Shown: positions 11,891 through 25,447 of the stretch, in pieces
Position numbering within the stretch: position 1 is the first letter of the stretch
Layout of the letters: every line of letters starts with the position of its first letter
Source of the DNA: Camelus dromedarius
Lineage: Eukaryota
NCBI RefSeq assembly: GCF_036321535.1
Contig: NC_087436.1
Location: forward strand, 23,748,001-23,812,000
DNA length: 64,000 nucleotides
Direction of reading: 5' to 3'
Program-made: the position numbers and the translations under genes
Notes under the pieces: model-generated
Database searches by the model: none
What the model was told of the DNA's origin: nothing
What the model saw: only the letters and a program-made list of their open reading frames with translations

Positions 11891-12769
11891 GACACGATTT
11901 ACTGATACCCCACAGGAAGGTTGCTGCTTTTGTTCCTGTCGGTTTCTCTAAAAGTAACTAGTCAGAAAGCCCTTTGAAAGTGAAAGGGGAACAGGTACTC
12001 GTTTCGGTGCCATCTGGAGATGGAGAAGTGACAAATCTCCTTCCTGTTCTACAGCCGGTTCTGCGGGGAAAGGCCAGGTGGTGGCAGCTGGAAAGGGGCA
12101 GGCTGACCGGCAAGGTCTGCGGGAGGGATGTCATCCGTGGGGGCTGGGGGTGGGGCAAAGGAGCCACCCAGAGCAGATGGTGAGCGGAGAGGCAGGAAGA
12201 AACCCCAGGTTCTCTGACAAGCCACCAGGGCCTAGGTTAGAGACCTCAGAGAGACAGGATGTCGCAGATGCATGGTGCACTTGTGTGTTCTCTCCCGTCT
12301 TAGGATGTGGCTGGGATGGGAAGTCATGGGAAGCATCTGGAGGGTGTGGTGAGGGTGCAACTGCCCCTTAAGCAAGAGGAGAAATAGCAGAGAGGCCACC
12401 CCCAGGCCACTTGTTTTTACAGTGTTTCCAGATCTTCATGTTTTGGTAGGACTTTCCCTTTAGAGGGAGGTGCCCTCAAGACACTGCCCTTGCCAACTGT
12501 TGGGTCTGTTCTGTCCTCCCATTAACAGACCCCCTCGAGAGGTCCTGGCTGATGCTAGCTGGGCCCCAGGAGGAATCTTTAGCCAGAGTTGGTGCTGAAT
12601 CCTCCTGTATTGGGGCGGCTCGCCACTCCCAGGGATAGAGAGCCCGGCATACCTTATGTCTCCCTCTTAGCTTATTGCCTTTTAAGATGAAATCAAGAGG
12701 TCCAGCGATTTCTTTGTGACCTCCTTGGGCTCCACTTTTTACATCTGCTTCTGATTCAAGTAGAAGGAG

Positions 12770-12960
12770 CACAGACCTAGGGGATGGGGTGAGTTCTAGT
12801 CCCAGCTATAAAACTAAGCAGACGTGGGCCGGCAAGCGAGTCCCCCGACCTCTCTGGGCATCACTCCCCACTGCACCTCCCACCCCCTTGGTCAGAGGAG
12901 AGGATTAGCCTGATAACCTCCAAGGGCCTTTTCAGTTTTGGCGGTTTCCAGATTCTGTGA
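12770..12960 (+). mobile_element. MIR3-like SINE
   Basis: GAGTTCTAGTCCCAGCT...CCTCTCTGGGC...AAGGGCCTTTTCAG...ATTCTGTGA. Confidence 0.55.
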
Positions 12961-13226
12961 TGACAAATTTCCCTGAATTTCTGGTTAAGAACAGAAGAGA
13001 AAATAGCATATCCTTTTAATGCTTATCTGGAGAGTTTATCTAAGTGTTCCTAATTAGGATTACCAAGAGGGACAAAATGTTCCAGAGCAGAATCTGACTG
13101 CATTTTTAAACAATGCGAGTTGCAGGTTTTGACTTTTCTACTTGGTCTTATTTGAAGGACACACTAAGACTAAAAATGTTATCACTTCATCATAATTCTG
13201 TGACCTCTATCAGAGACGATTTAGGG

Positions 13227-13421
13227 CAGGACTTCTCACCCTCAGCACTACTGACATTCTGGGTCAGATAATTTTTTGTTGTGGGCATTGTTGTTGTTTA
13301 GCAGCCTCCCTGGACTCTTATCTACTAGATGCCAGCAGCTGCCCCCTCCCACAACTAACATGTCTCTACACGTTGCCAGTTGTGGCTTGGGGGCAAAATC
13401 GCCTCCAGGTGAAAGCCACGG
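13227..13421 (-). mobile_element. MER20 (hAT-Charlie) DNA transposon
   Basis: TTTAGCAGCCTCCCTGG...CTACTAGATGCCAGCAGC...GGGGGCAAAATCGCC matches the MER20 reverse strand; degenerate 8-bp TSD ATTTAGGG/ATTGAGGC. Confidence 0.85.
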
Positions 13422-14529
13422 ATTGAGGCCCGATTTGTGGGATGCATTTGAAAGGCAGAGAAATAAACATAGAAGCAGACTTAATTATGCAAATATCTCT
13501 GGGGAAAAATACTGAATTTCTAAAAAGATAATAGTAAAATCTGAGTTAGCAGAAGAGTAGGACTCTCCTTGAAAGCTCCTTTCCTAGATATATACCATCC
13601 ATATATACCTTCTCGACTGCACTTGAGATATTAAATAGTTAAGAAGGACCATCTACGTTTTTTCTCCTGAAGATATCACATACGGTTCCAAGTAATATTG
13701 GATGACTGAATGTTAATGTACCACGTTTGGATAATTTCATAAGAAACGCATGACTAAGACGTGGACCTCACACGTGCAGTATTTTCTTGCCGTGACTCTA
13801 GGCAAGTCTTCCAACCTGCATAGACTGGTAGACTATGTCACAGACCCTCTTGCTTTTTCCCTAGTTCCAGTGTGCTTAATTACACCAAAGCTGATATTAG
13901 AAAGATTTATTATCATCTGCATTGATTACTGTCTTATAGGAGGAGAAAACATAATGAAAAGAAAGAAAAAAAAAAAACAGAAAAACTGGATCTGTCTTTC
14001 TGTATTTTGTGTTCCTGAGGGCTTATAGAAAAGAAATCATGAAAGTGGGTGAGGTTTGCTCTGCAATTCAGGCTGATGTTGCCTTAAAAGGAAAACATGG
14101 CAAGCTGTACCTTCCCCCCTTTCTTCTCTTTTAGTTTCCTTTCAGCCATTCTCAGAAATGTGAGCAGGAAAAAAACTGCCATCAATTATGTTGAGAAACA
14201 ACTGACTGATATTTGTTTATAAAACCATGCCACATTTTATTTTCAGTGCATTTCCATTTCCTCTTTATGCCCTTGAACACTATCCTAACTCCTCCCCTGT
14301 TGAGTATCTTTCCTTTAATCCACACCTGGATGTTGAATTTGTGAACAGTCCCTTCTGGTTGTTACTCCTTGCTGTGGTCTTTCGGAGTCAGCACTTTCCC
14401 TCTTCCCCAGCCCTTCCTTAGTTCAGGCTTTCATAACCTCACCCTCCCATGATGGTAATAACCTCCAGGCTCTCCTCCTTGCAGATCAACCCGGGAGATT
14501 CATTGGCCTCACACCTTTTTCATCATATC

Positions 14530-14767
14530 CATGCATTCATTCACACGGGCTGCATTTTGGGCCAGACATCATTCTAGGCTCTGGAAATACAGCTATGAGT
14601 AAAGCAGACAAAAATCCCTATCCTCATGGAGTTTACGTTCCACTCAGGGCGGGAGGGAGGGGTTGCAGATGGAGACAGATATTTTACAAAGTAAATAAAT
14701 GATACAGAATCGTAGAAAATGGTAGGCAGTATGGGGAAATAAAGCAGAGAAGGGAAATAGGGAGGGG

Positions 14768-14804
<37 letters not shown>

Positions 14805-15195
14805 ATGAGAGAGAGAGTAGTCTTGTGTGTCTGGAAAGAGTGGGCTGCAATTTAAAATATGGTGATAGGGAAAGCTTCACTGAGAAAGTGACTTCCAGGC
14901 AAATATATGGAGAGGTTGCCAAACATGTAGATACCCAGGGAAAGCACAGTCCAGGCAGAGGAAAAGCGTGTGTAAAAGCTGGGAGCATGTTGGGTGGTTG
15001 AGGGAAAGGCTAAGAAGGCTGGTGTAGGAGAGAAGGAGGAAGTAAGGTGAGGAGGTTAATGGGGTTGGGGTGGAGCTGATGATACAGTGCCTTGTAGAGC
15101 GCTGCAAGGACTTTGGCCTTTATTTAAGAGAGATGGGTTGCTGCTGGATGGTCCTGAAAAGCACAGTGTGATCTTTCGGGTTAATAGGATCCTGT
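14530..15195 (-). mobile_element. L2 fragment with internal (TG)n at 14772-14802
   Basis: CATTCATTCA...CTAGGCTCTGGAAATACAGC...CCTCATGGAGTTTAC...AAGGACTTTGGCCTTTATT. Confidence 0.8.
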
Positions 15196-15324
15196 CCTCG
15201 AGTCATTACTTCCCCTACTTAAACCCACCACTTGACAACATGTAATCTTGTTATATAGAGTCAAACTCCTCATCCTCCTTGCCCCTACTCAAGAACTTTC
15301 CCACTGATCCTGCAAAAGCCCTCA

Positions 15325-15475
15325 GAAATTCCTGAGTGAGCCAAGTAGCTTGATTTATGGCTACCCACTGGACTCTTATCTAACTAGTCATCTTACAGAT
15401 GAATATCAGTGGCCACAAATCCAAGATAAAATGTAAATGGTTCAATGAACTCATCAGAAATAGTCTTACTGGAAG
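15325..15475 (+). repeat. Copy 1 of a ~150-bp dispersed direct duplication
   Basis: Aligns by eye to 16907-17060 with about 10 substitutions and 2 small indels. Confidence 0.95.
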
Positions 15476-15699
15476 TACAAAGAATGATCCCCATCATCCC
15501 ACTACCTTCAAATTCTGCCCGTCTTTCAAGTCCAAGCTGGAGTTTCTGCTTTTCATGAAAACCTTTGCACCCCAAAATTGACCTCTCTCTGCTCTGACCT
15601 CCTATTGTATTGCTTATTTACAGTATGCATTTGGACTTGATCATATACTGTTTTACCTTGTTTTCTAAGCAAATCTTATATGTATCATACCAAAAGGTC

Positions 15700-15820
15700 T
15701 ATGGAATTGGAGACCTGGAAGGGCCTCACAAATCATCTGCTCTGACTCCTTCATCTTACAAATGAGGAAACTGAGGCCCACAAAGTTTAGGACGTTGCTC
15801 AAATGCACTTAGCTAGTGGT
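15700..15820 (-). mobile_element. MIR/MIR3 fragment
   Basis: CATCTTACAAATGAGGAAACTGAGGCCCA is the MIR core on the reverse strand. Confidence 0.8.
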
Positions 15821-16906
15821 TAACGTGTAGTAAACAGCCTTTTGTAATGACATTGTCTGCTCATTAATGGATGACACGATGTCTCATACTTCTCCAAATT
15901 CCTGTATAATAGTAGTTAGCACAGTCCTTATGTAACAGGTGCTTGTTAAGTTCAATTAAATATAAAAGTAAATTGATATTTTTGGTTTGTTTGTTTTTAA
16001 AGGAACATTATAGGCCCTTAATTCATCAACCACATCTTGAATTCACAGATATTCTGATGCAAAAAGCCACGTAAAAATATTTGTGGGTGATTTGACTTCG
16101 GATTTTAGGGATTTACTTGTGAATGTAGTTGGATGAGAGAATGAAAAATGTTGCCTTCCTTGTAGGTAGTTGTTCTGATGAAATGGTAAAAGATAATTCT
16201 ATCATACCTACATGAGACAGCTATTTTCAATGTTTCAATAAGATTTATCAAAGACATTTGGATTGAAAACAAATTTTTTTAGCATTCTTTGTCCAAAAGG
16301 GAGAGGCAGTCATGGCTTAGTCCCATCCTCTGAGCTTTTTCTTTGGAGAATTATTGGTTTTGATGGCAGACATGAACTTTCAATGTTCATAGAGGTTGAC
16401 GGCCTTTCAGGAGTATTTCAGGAGCCCTAAATTCATCCTGTGACCCAGAGATGTCCTTGTGAAGCATGGGGTTTTCTTGAAAATATAGCTTCATGTGGGG
16501 TGATGCTAAGTCCCTGTTCCAGTAATAAGTACACAACAAAATGAAGTGATTCCCAAGAGTCTATGGTGTAGGGCATATTAACCTAAGCTTTAAATGCAGA
16601 CTCACCCACAGAAATTAGTAATGATTTTCCAGTGTTTAAGTCTGCCAGTACATTCAGCACTGTTTTGAGTTTGGCCCATGTATGATCAAAACAACTGACA
16701 GAAGGATGGACAGTGAATTCAGTCTGCCCATTGCTGCTCACACACGGCAGCCAAAGCAAAGCTCCTGAGGTTTGAAATAACTTGTGGAGAAATCCTGCTA
16801 ATTTTGGAGAACTCTAAAAGTCCAGTGTTGGTGACCCATGGTCTGAGTTTATGACGAGGTCATAACTTAGCCATGTGATCATGACAGTCATGCTAAGAGG
16901 AAGCAG

Positions 16907-17060
16907 GAAATTCCTGAGTGAGCCAAGTAGCTTGATTTATGGCTACGCACTGGACTCTGATTCTAACAAGTCATCTTACAGATGACTATCAGTGGTCACA
17001 TATCCAAGATAAAATGTAAATGGTTCAATGAACTCATTGGAAACACAGTCTTACTGAAAG
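16907..17060 (+). repeat. Copy 2 of the ~150-bp dispersed direct duplication
   Basis: First 40 bp identical to 15325-15364. Confidence 0.95.
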
Positions 17061-17189
17061 AGAATCCAGATATGTAGTCATGAAAGATGAACTGAAATAT
17101 CTGGTATTTTTCTGCACATTCTAGGCAAAGTATCCTCTGTTCTGGTTCTTTGTGTGTTTTTGTGTATATGTATATAGTTCTCTAAACAC

Positions 17190-17770
17190 TCTAATTGAAT
17201 GTTGTTCCTTTAGAGTTGTCAAACACTTCATACATTTATCTTCAGACTTAAGATATGAGCAGTTCCATTTTGGAAATTTTCTTCAGAGTTCATACTTTGG
17301 TCCATTTTTGAAATTGAGGTATTTACATAAAATAAAATTCATTACTTTTTAGTGTAGATTTCTATGAGTTTAGATAATGTATATGTTTTTGTCACTACCA
17401 TCACAGTTATGACACAGAGCATTTCTGTCTTCCCCCAAAGTGCTCTCATTGGAGCACATTTTTGACTATTACTTTTATTTGGTGGCAACTGCTGTAGTGG
17501 ATTTGACTTCGAATTGAAAAGCATAAGGAGCCAAGTCCAGCAGCTAAGGTAGTTGGTGGTCTCGTCGAGTGCTGTGACTTTGGGTCAAAACAAGATGTGA
17601 CTATAAAACCGTGCATCTGTTTTCTGATGAGGCTTGTAAACTGGCACTGACAGTCATTTCGAAGTTGAGCTCCAAAAACATTTTGAGCAGTGGATTGGAT
17701 ATATTTTTGTTATAAACCTTGGTATTGTCTTCCAGTGTGACTACTACTGTAAAGAACAGCACTTATTTGG
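17190..17770. mobile_element. Ancient Tc1/mariner-type non-autonomous element (MARNA-like) split by an antisense L1ME 3' end (about 17305-17465)
   Basis: Degenerate inverted arms TGTTGTTCCTTTAGAGTTGTCA (17200-17221) and TGACTACTACTGTAAAGAACAGCA (17738-17761); internal GATGTGACTATAAAA and CCAAAAACATTTTGAGCAGTGG; family name from memory. Confidence 0.6.
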
Positions 17771-19499
17771 TTCCTTAAGAGGCGCCTGGTATTTGCAGAC
17801 TTAACATTTTGTGTACTTGGAAAAACCCAAAAGATCTGAGAGAGGAAGAAATTTGTAGTTTTGTCAAGGAATAAGTTTGTGTCTCGACTTTACAAGCTGG
17901 GTAGTACAGGAATAAGTGGGTTCACTAGCGAGTGAGCCAAGCCCACTGAGAATCATCCCAGTCACAAAGAACTGACCACTATAAAGGTCTCTTCCAAATC
18001 TGAATGAGGCAATTTTCATAGAGTGATAGAAACACGGTGTCTTGGTAAGAAATGGCTCCCCAAAGAAAGTTAAGTGTAATATTGGAGATGGAAGTGAAGA
18101 CGGCTAAGAAAGTAATTTTTCTTAACCAGGAAAATGGAAGTGTGGTCAGGTTACGGCCATTAATGAATTTACTATAGAGAAATTTTTTTTTAATGTTAAA
18201 ATAGTTTCAGAGAACAATTAGGCTAATACAAAAATAACTCCTTAAGAGAGGAACAAGTCAGTAGGAGTTGAAGAGAGCGCTTACATTTTCCATCATATTT
18301 ATGTTACTATGATACACAGGGCAAATTACATACTATTGTGTTTCTGAATTTGGGCATTCATGAATATTGAGGGCTTTATTCTGTAAGCTCTGTTGTGTTA
18401 GTTTAGGTGCAGGCATCATTAAATATGGTTATATCTGGTGTTTCCAAGAATATGGGGGAAGTTGGCATTTGAAATAGAATCTGAGAGATGACGAAGAGAG
18501 TCCTTTGGGTACTTTTGGTAGATTAGCGTACAATCGCTGGATTGGTGGTTGACAGAGAGAAGCCCTGTAGGTTTGGTGGCGAGTCATTGCTGCAGTCCCA
18601 TTTAAATAGCTCAGAGGGTGCAGCAGGGAGTGTTCATAACTAGGGGAGATAATTCAAAGGGGACGGAGGCTGGTGGCTGGACTTTTGAGAACCAGAGAGG
18701 AAAACTGGAATATGAAGTGATTGCAAACTAACCCCATGGTCCTTTAAACATAGACATATATATAGTCTAAAGCTTCCTTATCATTAGTGTGACAGTTTCC
18801 AGTTAACAGTATAAACCAAAGGTATAGATTCTTGTTTTCTCAGTGCTCATGGGAAATTCCAGGTCTTTATCTGGGAACTGGAAATAATAGAATAATTCAT
18901 ACATTTGACTACCCATTGGGTGCTCGGTACCCTTCTAGGCCTCTGGAAATAGAATGAAAAGGTGTAGGCTCTGCTCAGACGGCACTTCTCAGAGTGAGCA
19001 GACAGACACAGAAGTGAACCACAGAACTCCATGGAAGGGGCGGAAACGAAGGTACATACCAGGCACAGTGAGAACCGAGAAGGACCAGCCCGTAAGGCTG
19101 CCTCAGGATGCTTAGGCTCATCTATCCAAGGATTGACTTTCCTCCTCATTTGAAGAAAAGAAAATGATGCTAAGGCCCTGAGAAATTAAATGACTTTCCT
19201 ATCATCTGTCATCTAAATGACTTGGACACCCTTCTGGTCTCTCTTCTGCTTACTAATCTCTTGATTCTCTGGTCCATTCTGGAAAGCATTGCTCCATTTT
19301 CCTCTTAAAACTCAGAGTGGATCTTTATTGCCTCCACAGTCAGTCCAGCATCCCGGCCATGACTTTCAGAGCCCCCGTCTACTTTCCTTCCTCCGCATTC
19401 CTCCGCAACCTGAGCTTCCATACCCGCCCGCCCTCCTGCCTTTTTAGCACACTGCCCATATTTCTAACTCTGCTTCTTCCCATGTTTTAGCCCAGCTTC

Positions 19500-19805
19500 T
19501 TTCTGCCATCAAAATCAACAAATTCATTCAAAGCTCAGCTCAGGTGCTGCCTTGCCTACGAAGCCCGCTCGGATTCTCCCTGTTTGATTTAATCATTGAT
19601 TCCTCACATTTCCTCAGCGCCTGTTTGCAGCTAGCTTCTATGACAACAGTTGCATTCTTTTTTGATTATGCTGAGTGTTTATAGTTCTAGCTCTTTTACT
19701 AAATTCTAAGTCCCTGGAAGACTTAGGCAGGGATGGCACCCCACAGAACCCATTGACCTCAAAGCCCATGGTCAATAAATAAACCCTCATCAAATGCTGT
19801 TGAAT
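19500..19805 (+). mobile_element. L2 3' fragment
   Basis: TCATTCAAAGCTCAGCTCAGGTGC...AAATGCTGTTGAAT. Confidence 0.55.
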
Positions 19806-20346
19806 ATTGCTCCAGGTCAGATGTTAGTGAAAGATGCAGGTCTAAAAACCTGATTCTTCTGATCTATTTCAAGATTTTGTGAATTCCAAGGTGTTACCTA
19901 GCACATATCCATCCAGTCCATAGGTTGCTTTACTTTGTAAAAACTTGTTTGTGAGTCCATGGTGCAGGCTCGCCAGTGTTGTCATGGCTCCCGACATTTG
20001 CAGTGGTGGCCAGGTTGCCGGGGTAGTTGGGATGGATGTGTTTATGTTGAGCATAATTTCCCCATCTACAGTAGGCCCTATGAATATTTGAAGGGGAATC
20101 TGGAAGCTGTTTCCTATGAGGGAAGTTAAGTTGAAATGCAAGAAGTAAAGATTAAGGAATATTAACATAAAGTCTGTATTGTGAATTCTTTTACATAAAT
20201 ATGTTACCATTGTCGGGAGAAGTGGTGTCAGGGAGCTTTTTAGATGTCTCCATTTTAATACCCCAGTGAGAAGTTGGTTGTAAATTATGAAATGTGGAAA
20301 TTCTTCATCCTTATAAAGGTCTTTGACAAAAGAATGTGCTGAAAGT

Positions 20347-20350
<4 letters not shown>

Positions 20351-20387
<37 letters not shown>
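20351..20387. repeat. (TG)18 microsatellite
   Basis: Read directly. Confidence 0.95.
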
Positions 20388-20388
<1 letters not shown>

Positions 20389-20498
20389 CATTTTTCCAAG
20401 TGTAATTATCTGATGCAAAAATGTAGGGCAGCAGAAGGGAGTCAGGTGAAGTGAGGAGCGACTGCCTCAGTCTTTGGTATTTTAAACCAATCTCTCTC

Positions 20499-20500
<2 letters not shown>

Positions 20501-20546
<46 letters not shown>
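20501..20546. repeat. (TATC)11 tetranucleotide microsatellite
   Basis: Read directly. Confidence 0.95.
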
Positions 20547-21074
20547 AACTGCAATATGGCGATCGTGTACAAGTCTCTGGTCAGCCCAACGTTATCTGAT
20601 ACGTGGTTGGGGTTCTGGAAAGAGGAAGAGGTTGCAGACCATCCCTCCCTTATACTCTGCAAGCTTCTTCCTCTGCAGGTCAGAGGAGGATCCGTGTTGT
20701 TATCATGTTACATGATCTGTGCTGTGGGTTCATGGAGCTTTTCCCTGAGGTCTCCCATTTACCAGCTGGCTGGCCGTGCTCCATCCACCTCCTTTCTCCT
20801 CCTCACTGGGCCACCCAGCCTCCTTTACCTGTTTCTGTTGCTCACGTTTGCCATCTCGTCTGGTTTACAGTCATTTGTCTGAACACTTCCAGGCAGGTTT
20901 GGGGCCACACGCTGGTGGGCTTGCTTCCCCAGAACAGGACAATCCTGGGAGAAGCCTCCTTATTCCCACTCTTCAACAGAAGGGACTTGCTTCCTGTAAT
21001 TCCCGCCACCACTGAAGTACTTGAAAATGAAGGCATTTAAACAGTCATCTTTGCTGAAAAAAGTTCCTACCCAG

Positions 21075-21290
21075 AGGTAGTGTGGTGGCACTGTAGGATT
21101 TTAAGCCCCTCTACCGCTCAGGATGGCAGGTGCTTTACCTCTCTGTGCCTTAGCATCCTCATCTGTAACATGGGGGCAATAAAACCAACTGCACAGGGAA
21201 TTTATGAGGATTAAGTAAGCTAACAAAGATGTAGCACATAGAAGAGTCTAGCCCATAATCAGCACTATATAAACGTGAAGCTGTTGTTAC
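21075..21290 (+). mobile_element. MIR SINE
   Basis: CCTCTCTGTGCCTTAGCATCCTCATCTGTAACATGGGG...TGAGGATTAA. Confidence 0.8.
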
Positions 21291-24200
21291 TGTAAGAATG
21301 GTTCCACCTGCTGCTCAAGAATTCAGTTCGTGGTAGTTGGAATGGCCTTGTCAAGAGGGATTAGCAGCCTTCTTGACTGGAGGAGAAACTGAGTCAGGCA
21401 CTGAGAGACAGCAGTCAGCTGATGGGTCAGATGCAGTCTGTAGCGCTGCTTGACTAAAAATGCATGGGAGCCCAGTATGGGCTTCTGCCCACCCTCTGCG
21501 TATTCTCAAGGAAGCATCAACACCCTAATGTGACTCTGAAATCAGATGGAGCCTGGGCTGCGTGTCTGTTGGGATGTCCATTGGGAAAGGGGTTGAATTT
21601 GGATGAAAGCATAGCAAGAAAACAATACGAAGTGAAACCTCAAGGCAGTACAGGGCTGGCCGAGAGGTAGAGAGGCTTCGTTCCCCTTTGCCCAGATGTT
21701 TGAACAAAATCATCTCCAAACCTGGGACAACCGGAATCCAGTCCTTCTGACACTATGATTTTGCAATTTGCTTGCATCAATGTTTTGCTAAAAAGCTTTC
21801 CAGTTTTAGGTGCCCTCAAGAACTCTTCAGACCTGGCAGGGAGAGCCTCTCTCTCACTGCCTTATGCAAGCAGCCTCAGGACAGCAGATTTCATTTGGGA
21901 GACTGCTGGGGATGAAGAATAGTCCGTGTGTGTGTGGAGTGTGTGTGTGTCCCTTATAAAGAAGAGGGATGTACTCTAGGCTGCAGGAAGATAGAGTAAG
22001 ATTGTACTATTTTAATGCCAGCTTTCTTCTCAATCCCTTTTCCTTCTTGTGTTTCCCAAATGCTGCCAACAAGAAGGGCACAAATGCAGAGGCAAAGAGA
22101 TGACCTCAGGGAAAGAAATGTACATTTAACAGGGGTGACTGCGTTCACTGAACACCTATAAATCTGTCTCTCCTTTCCATCACCTTCTCTCCTTCACCTC
22201 TTACTTGGCAATGAAGAATCCCCAAATATCTGTGAAGATTCCCTTACAGAGTTCTTTTCCATTGCTGTTAAATATTTTTGTCTACTTCTTTTTCCCTGAC
22301 TGAGAATGTAAGGATTTTTTTTTGTTTTGCTCTTAAATTAAGTATAATTGAATTTATTCCCAATTGTTAAAAATGGCATGAATAGTCATTTGTTTACCAG
22401 AATGCTTCTATGTCCACATCTATTTCCATGTCCCTGTTCATTCTATATATTTTCCTCAACTAGAACTTTTATTCTTCACGTATCTTTTTTAATGTCTTCA
22501 TTGCAGCAGGACTAGTGCACTCATTAATGGGGAGTCAAGATGTCTCTGTCACAATTATTCAAGAACATTGGATATTGTGAATACTTCTTTCATGATGAAT
22601 ATTTTTGTCACTCTTAAAGCCTATTAGCCAGTCTTCTAGTTAATGTAAAAATTTCTGTTAAAAAAAACAAAACTGGGCTCCAATTTAGTAATAATAAGGT
22701 TACCAGTCTGACTCTGTTAGAAGCTGAGCAGCAGCCAGAAATCTCTGGTTAATGCTAAGATTAGCTGGCAGTCATCAGGCACTGGTAGGAAACATCCAGG
22801 ATAGTAAAAGGCTTTCCTATGGCTAACAGATTCATCCACAGGAGTGGTGAGCCCATCCCATTAATAATCCTGTCAAACTAGAGACGAACCTAGTGAATTT
22901 AAATGCATCTTAGGAACAGGAAAGGCAGGGACAGAATCTGCCTGTTTTACCTTTGATGAGCTGACTTCCACCATTTTTCTAACATGAAAAATCCTTGCAT
23001 GTTTCTAGTTGCTAACATCTGGCGAATGGCAGGGGGTATACGGTGCTGTGTTCTGCATGTGTTAAAACCTAATGCATTCATCCTAAATGGGTACTCAGTA
23101 AAAAAGAGAATTTTAAAAGTTCAAAAAATAGGAAGACTTGACAACATACATTTTTTGAAGAGTCAGTAGGTGCATAGGGTACCCAATTCGAAAGATACAA
23201 AGTGAGCCCAACGGGAGCAAGCAGGAAGACTTGATCTGAAGCAGTGTTTTTCCCCTGATTTGCATCAAGCAGTATCTTTTTCATGTCAGCTGCTCTGCCA
23301 AAATCATTTGTGCTCAGGGTGGTGGGCGAGTGGTGGTGGCTTTTTGTTTGCTTGGTTTTGGCTTATGCTGATGGAAAAAGGCATGAGTACAATCCTGATG
23401 CAAATGTTTTCCTTCAAGTTAATTACATTACTTGGCCAGCTATTTTTCTCCAATTCCTCCCTTCCCCCATCCTGTGAGCTGAAGCCTTCTTTGCTTTTGT
23501 GTCCTTATAAGAAGCTCACTGGCAAATAAGCAGGTATACACAAGTAAAAATATGAAAAACAGTTAAAGAGTCTCAGATAGATTAAAAGTAGACTGAAGGA
23601 ATGATACATTAGAAAGAGCTGTATATGTTAAATATTGCAACAAGCACACCTATGTTATAACTTTTTATTAAAAATGCAGTTTTCTCATTCAAGTGCCCTT
23701 TTTAATATAAAATAGTTTTTTAATTTCAAGCAAATCATTTCGGATATAGAGGAGGAAATAAAGATATTAAGCTGCCATTAGTCTCAGAAGCAGTTGTAGG
23801 GAACAATAAAAACCATGGGGATGGTGATTTCAGCCTATTCTGCAGATCCAAAGGCCACAGAGGCCGACTGAGCTATGCCTTCTAGTTCATGAAAGGAAGA
23901 GCTTAGAGTGAGCCAAAAACAAAAATGGAAGAGTTCAACTCTCAAGGTCATAGGGAAGAATTCTGAACTTGCAGTGTGTTTGTGTCATTAAAATCCAAAT
24001 GGCTTACTTTGTAAGATTTTGTGGTGATTATACAGATCGTGAGATTGTCATTTAAAAAAAAAAAACTAGCAGGGAGTTATTTTTGGTTTATAAAGACACA
24101 AGCACTTATGGACTTCTCTTCAGTAACAAAGGGAAAACATTTTAAGAAACCAGAAACGTTTTATAGAAACCATTCTATAATTTTGGAATTATAAAATACA

Positions 24201-24339
24201 TCTCGCCCTCCTGGAGTATTACAGTTTAATTATGAAAACAACCGTGTTTTATGTCTTTGGGGTCACTTCTTGTTGTGTACCCGAGCTGCCTTGTACAGGT
24301 TTGTGATCACGCACATTTCTTTCTAATTCTTTGTTCAGT

Positions 24340-24453
24340 AAAGTCAGGTTAGTACTTATATTGACACCACAAAAATTGGCAAAAGCTACATACCAGGGCT
24401 TTTTTTTTTTTTTCCTGGAGAGCTGGTTATTAAATATTTACAGCACATCACTG
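24340..24453 (-). mobile_element. MER63-like (hAT-Blackjack) fragment
   Basis: CAGGGC(T)nCCTGGAGAGCTGGTTATTAAATATTTACAGCACATCACTG resembles the reverse of the MER63 5' terminus. Confidence 0.7.
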
Positions 24454-25287
24454 GACATGAAGCCTAATTGAGTTGCATTAATCAAGATATGGGAGAAAGC
24501 CAAAAATAAGTAGAACCATTGTTTTGAAATTCAAAAAATGTATTAGAGGGACAAAAAAAAAAGAAAGAAAAGAAAACCCTAATGGAGGAGGATCAGAAAT
24601 GTGGCATTTGTGGCAATTACCACAATACTTTCCACGAGTTGTAAGAAATATGTTTTTCTGTTGTTCAAAGTAGCCAGTGGCCCGGTCTTCTCATTTTGGG
24701 TAGAATAACGTGAATCATATCTTTATCAAGTGAATATCACATGCAGGGCCGGGGGTCCTCCGTCTTGCAGTGGTCCCCCTCCTGGAACAGAGCTCAGATC
24801 CATCTCTTAACATGACATGGTGCTGCTGGGGAGGCTCTGGTTCCATGACAGTTTTGCCTTAACCTCAAAGTAGTACCAGTTGTAATAGCTAACATTTTAC
24901 AGATACAGAATTTGAAGTATGAGGAGACATAAAGTTAAAATAAGAAACAAAACCCAGATAACTGCTTCCTCCCACCCCTCTCCCCACCACCCATTTTCCC
25001 TGATTCCCCCCCTATCACGGCTGGGACAGTTTGAGCAAGAATAGTTACTTCTGTTATTGGGGTCCTCTGAGCTAGTAGACAGTCTGACCCCCTGGTATAA
25101 TGCCATTCTACTGATGTATTTAAAAATTTTGACACAAGGGGTTATTGGCCAAGGAAAGTAGAAAATGTTTTTCTGTTTTGTTGGGCACTACTTCACCCAG
25201 ACTTCTCGTTGTCAGCCATATAGGCAAGATATTGTGATTCTGTTTCTGGCTGGGTGCAACCACTCCCCCGGTTACTATTCCTTACAC

Positions 25288-25447
25288 CCTGGCTACTCAA
25301 AAGTGTGGACCAGCAGCTCTGGCACCAACTAGGAGCTTGCTACAAATACAGAATCTTGCAGGCCACTCGAACCCTAACGAATCAGAATGTGTAGTTGCAC
25401 AAGATCCCCAGGTGACTGGCATGAACATTAAGGTTTAGGAAACACTG
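25288..25447. mobile_element. MER5-family (hAT-Charlie) element
   Basis: CTACTCAAAAGTGTGG...GGAGCTTG...CAGAATCT...AATCAGAAT...CAAGATCCCCAGGTGA...AAACACTG. Confidence 0.8.

Noticed and set aside
20451..21040. Overlapping 143-aa and 145-aa ORFs
   Set aside because: Non-ATG starts, one runs through (TATC)n, and neither has a recognisable domain or convincing exon boundaries.
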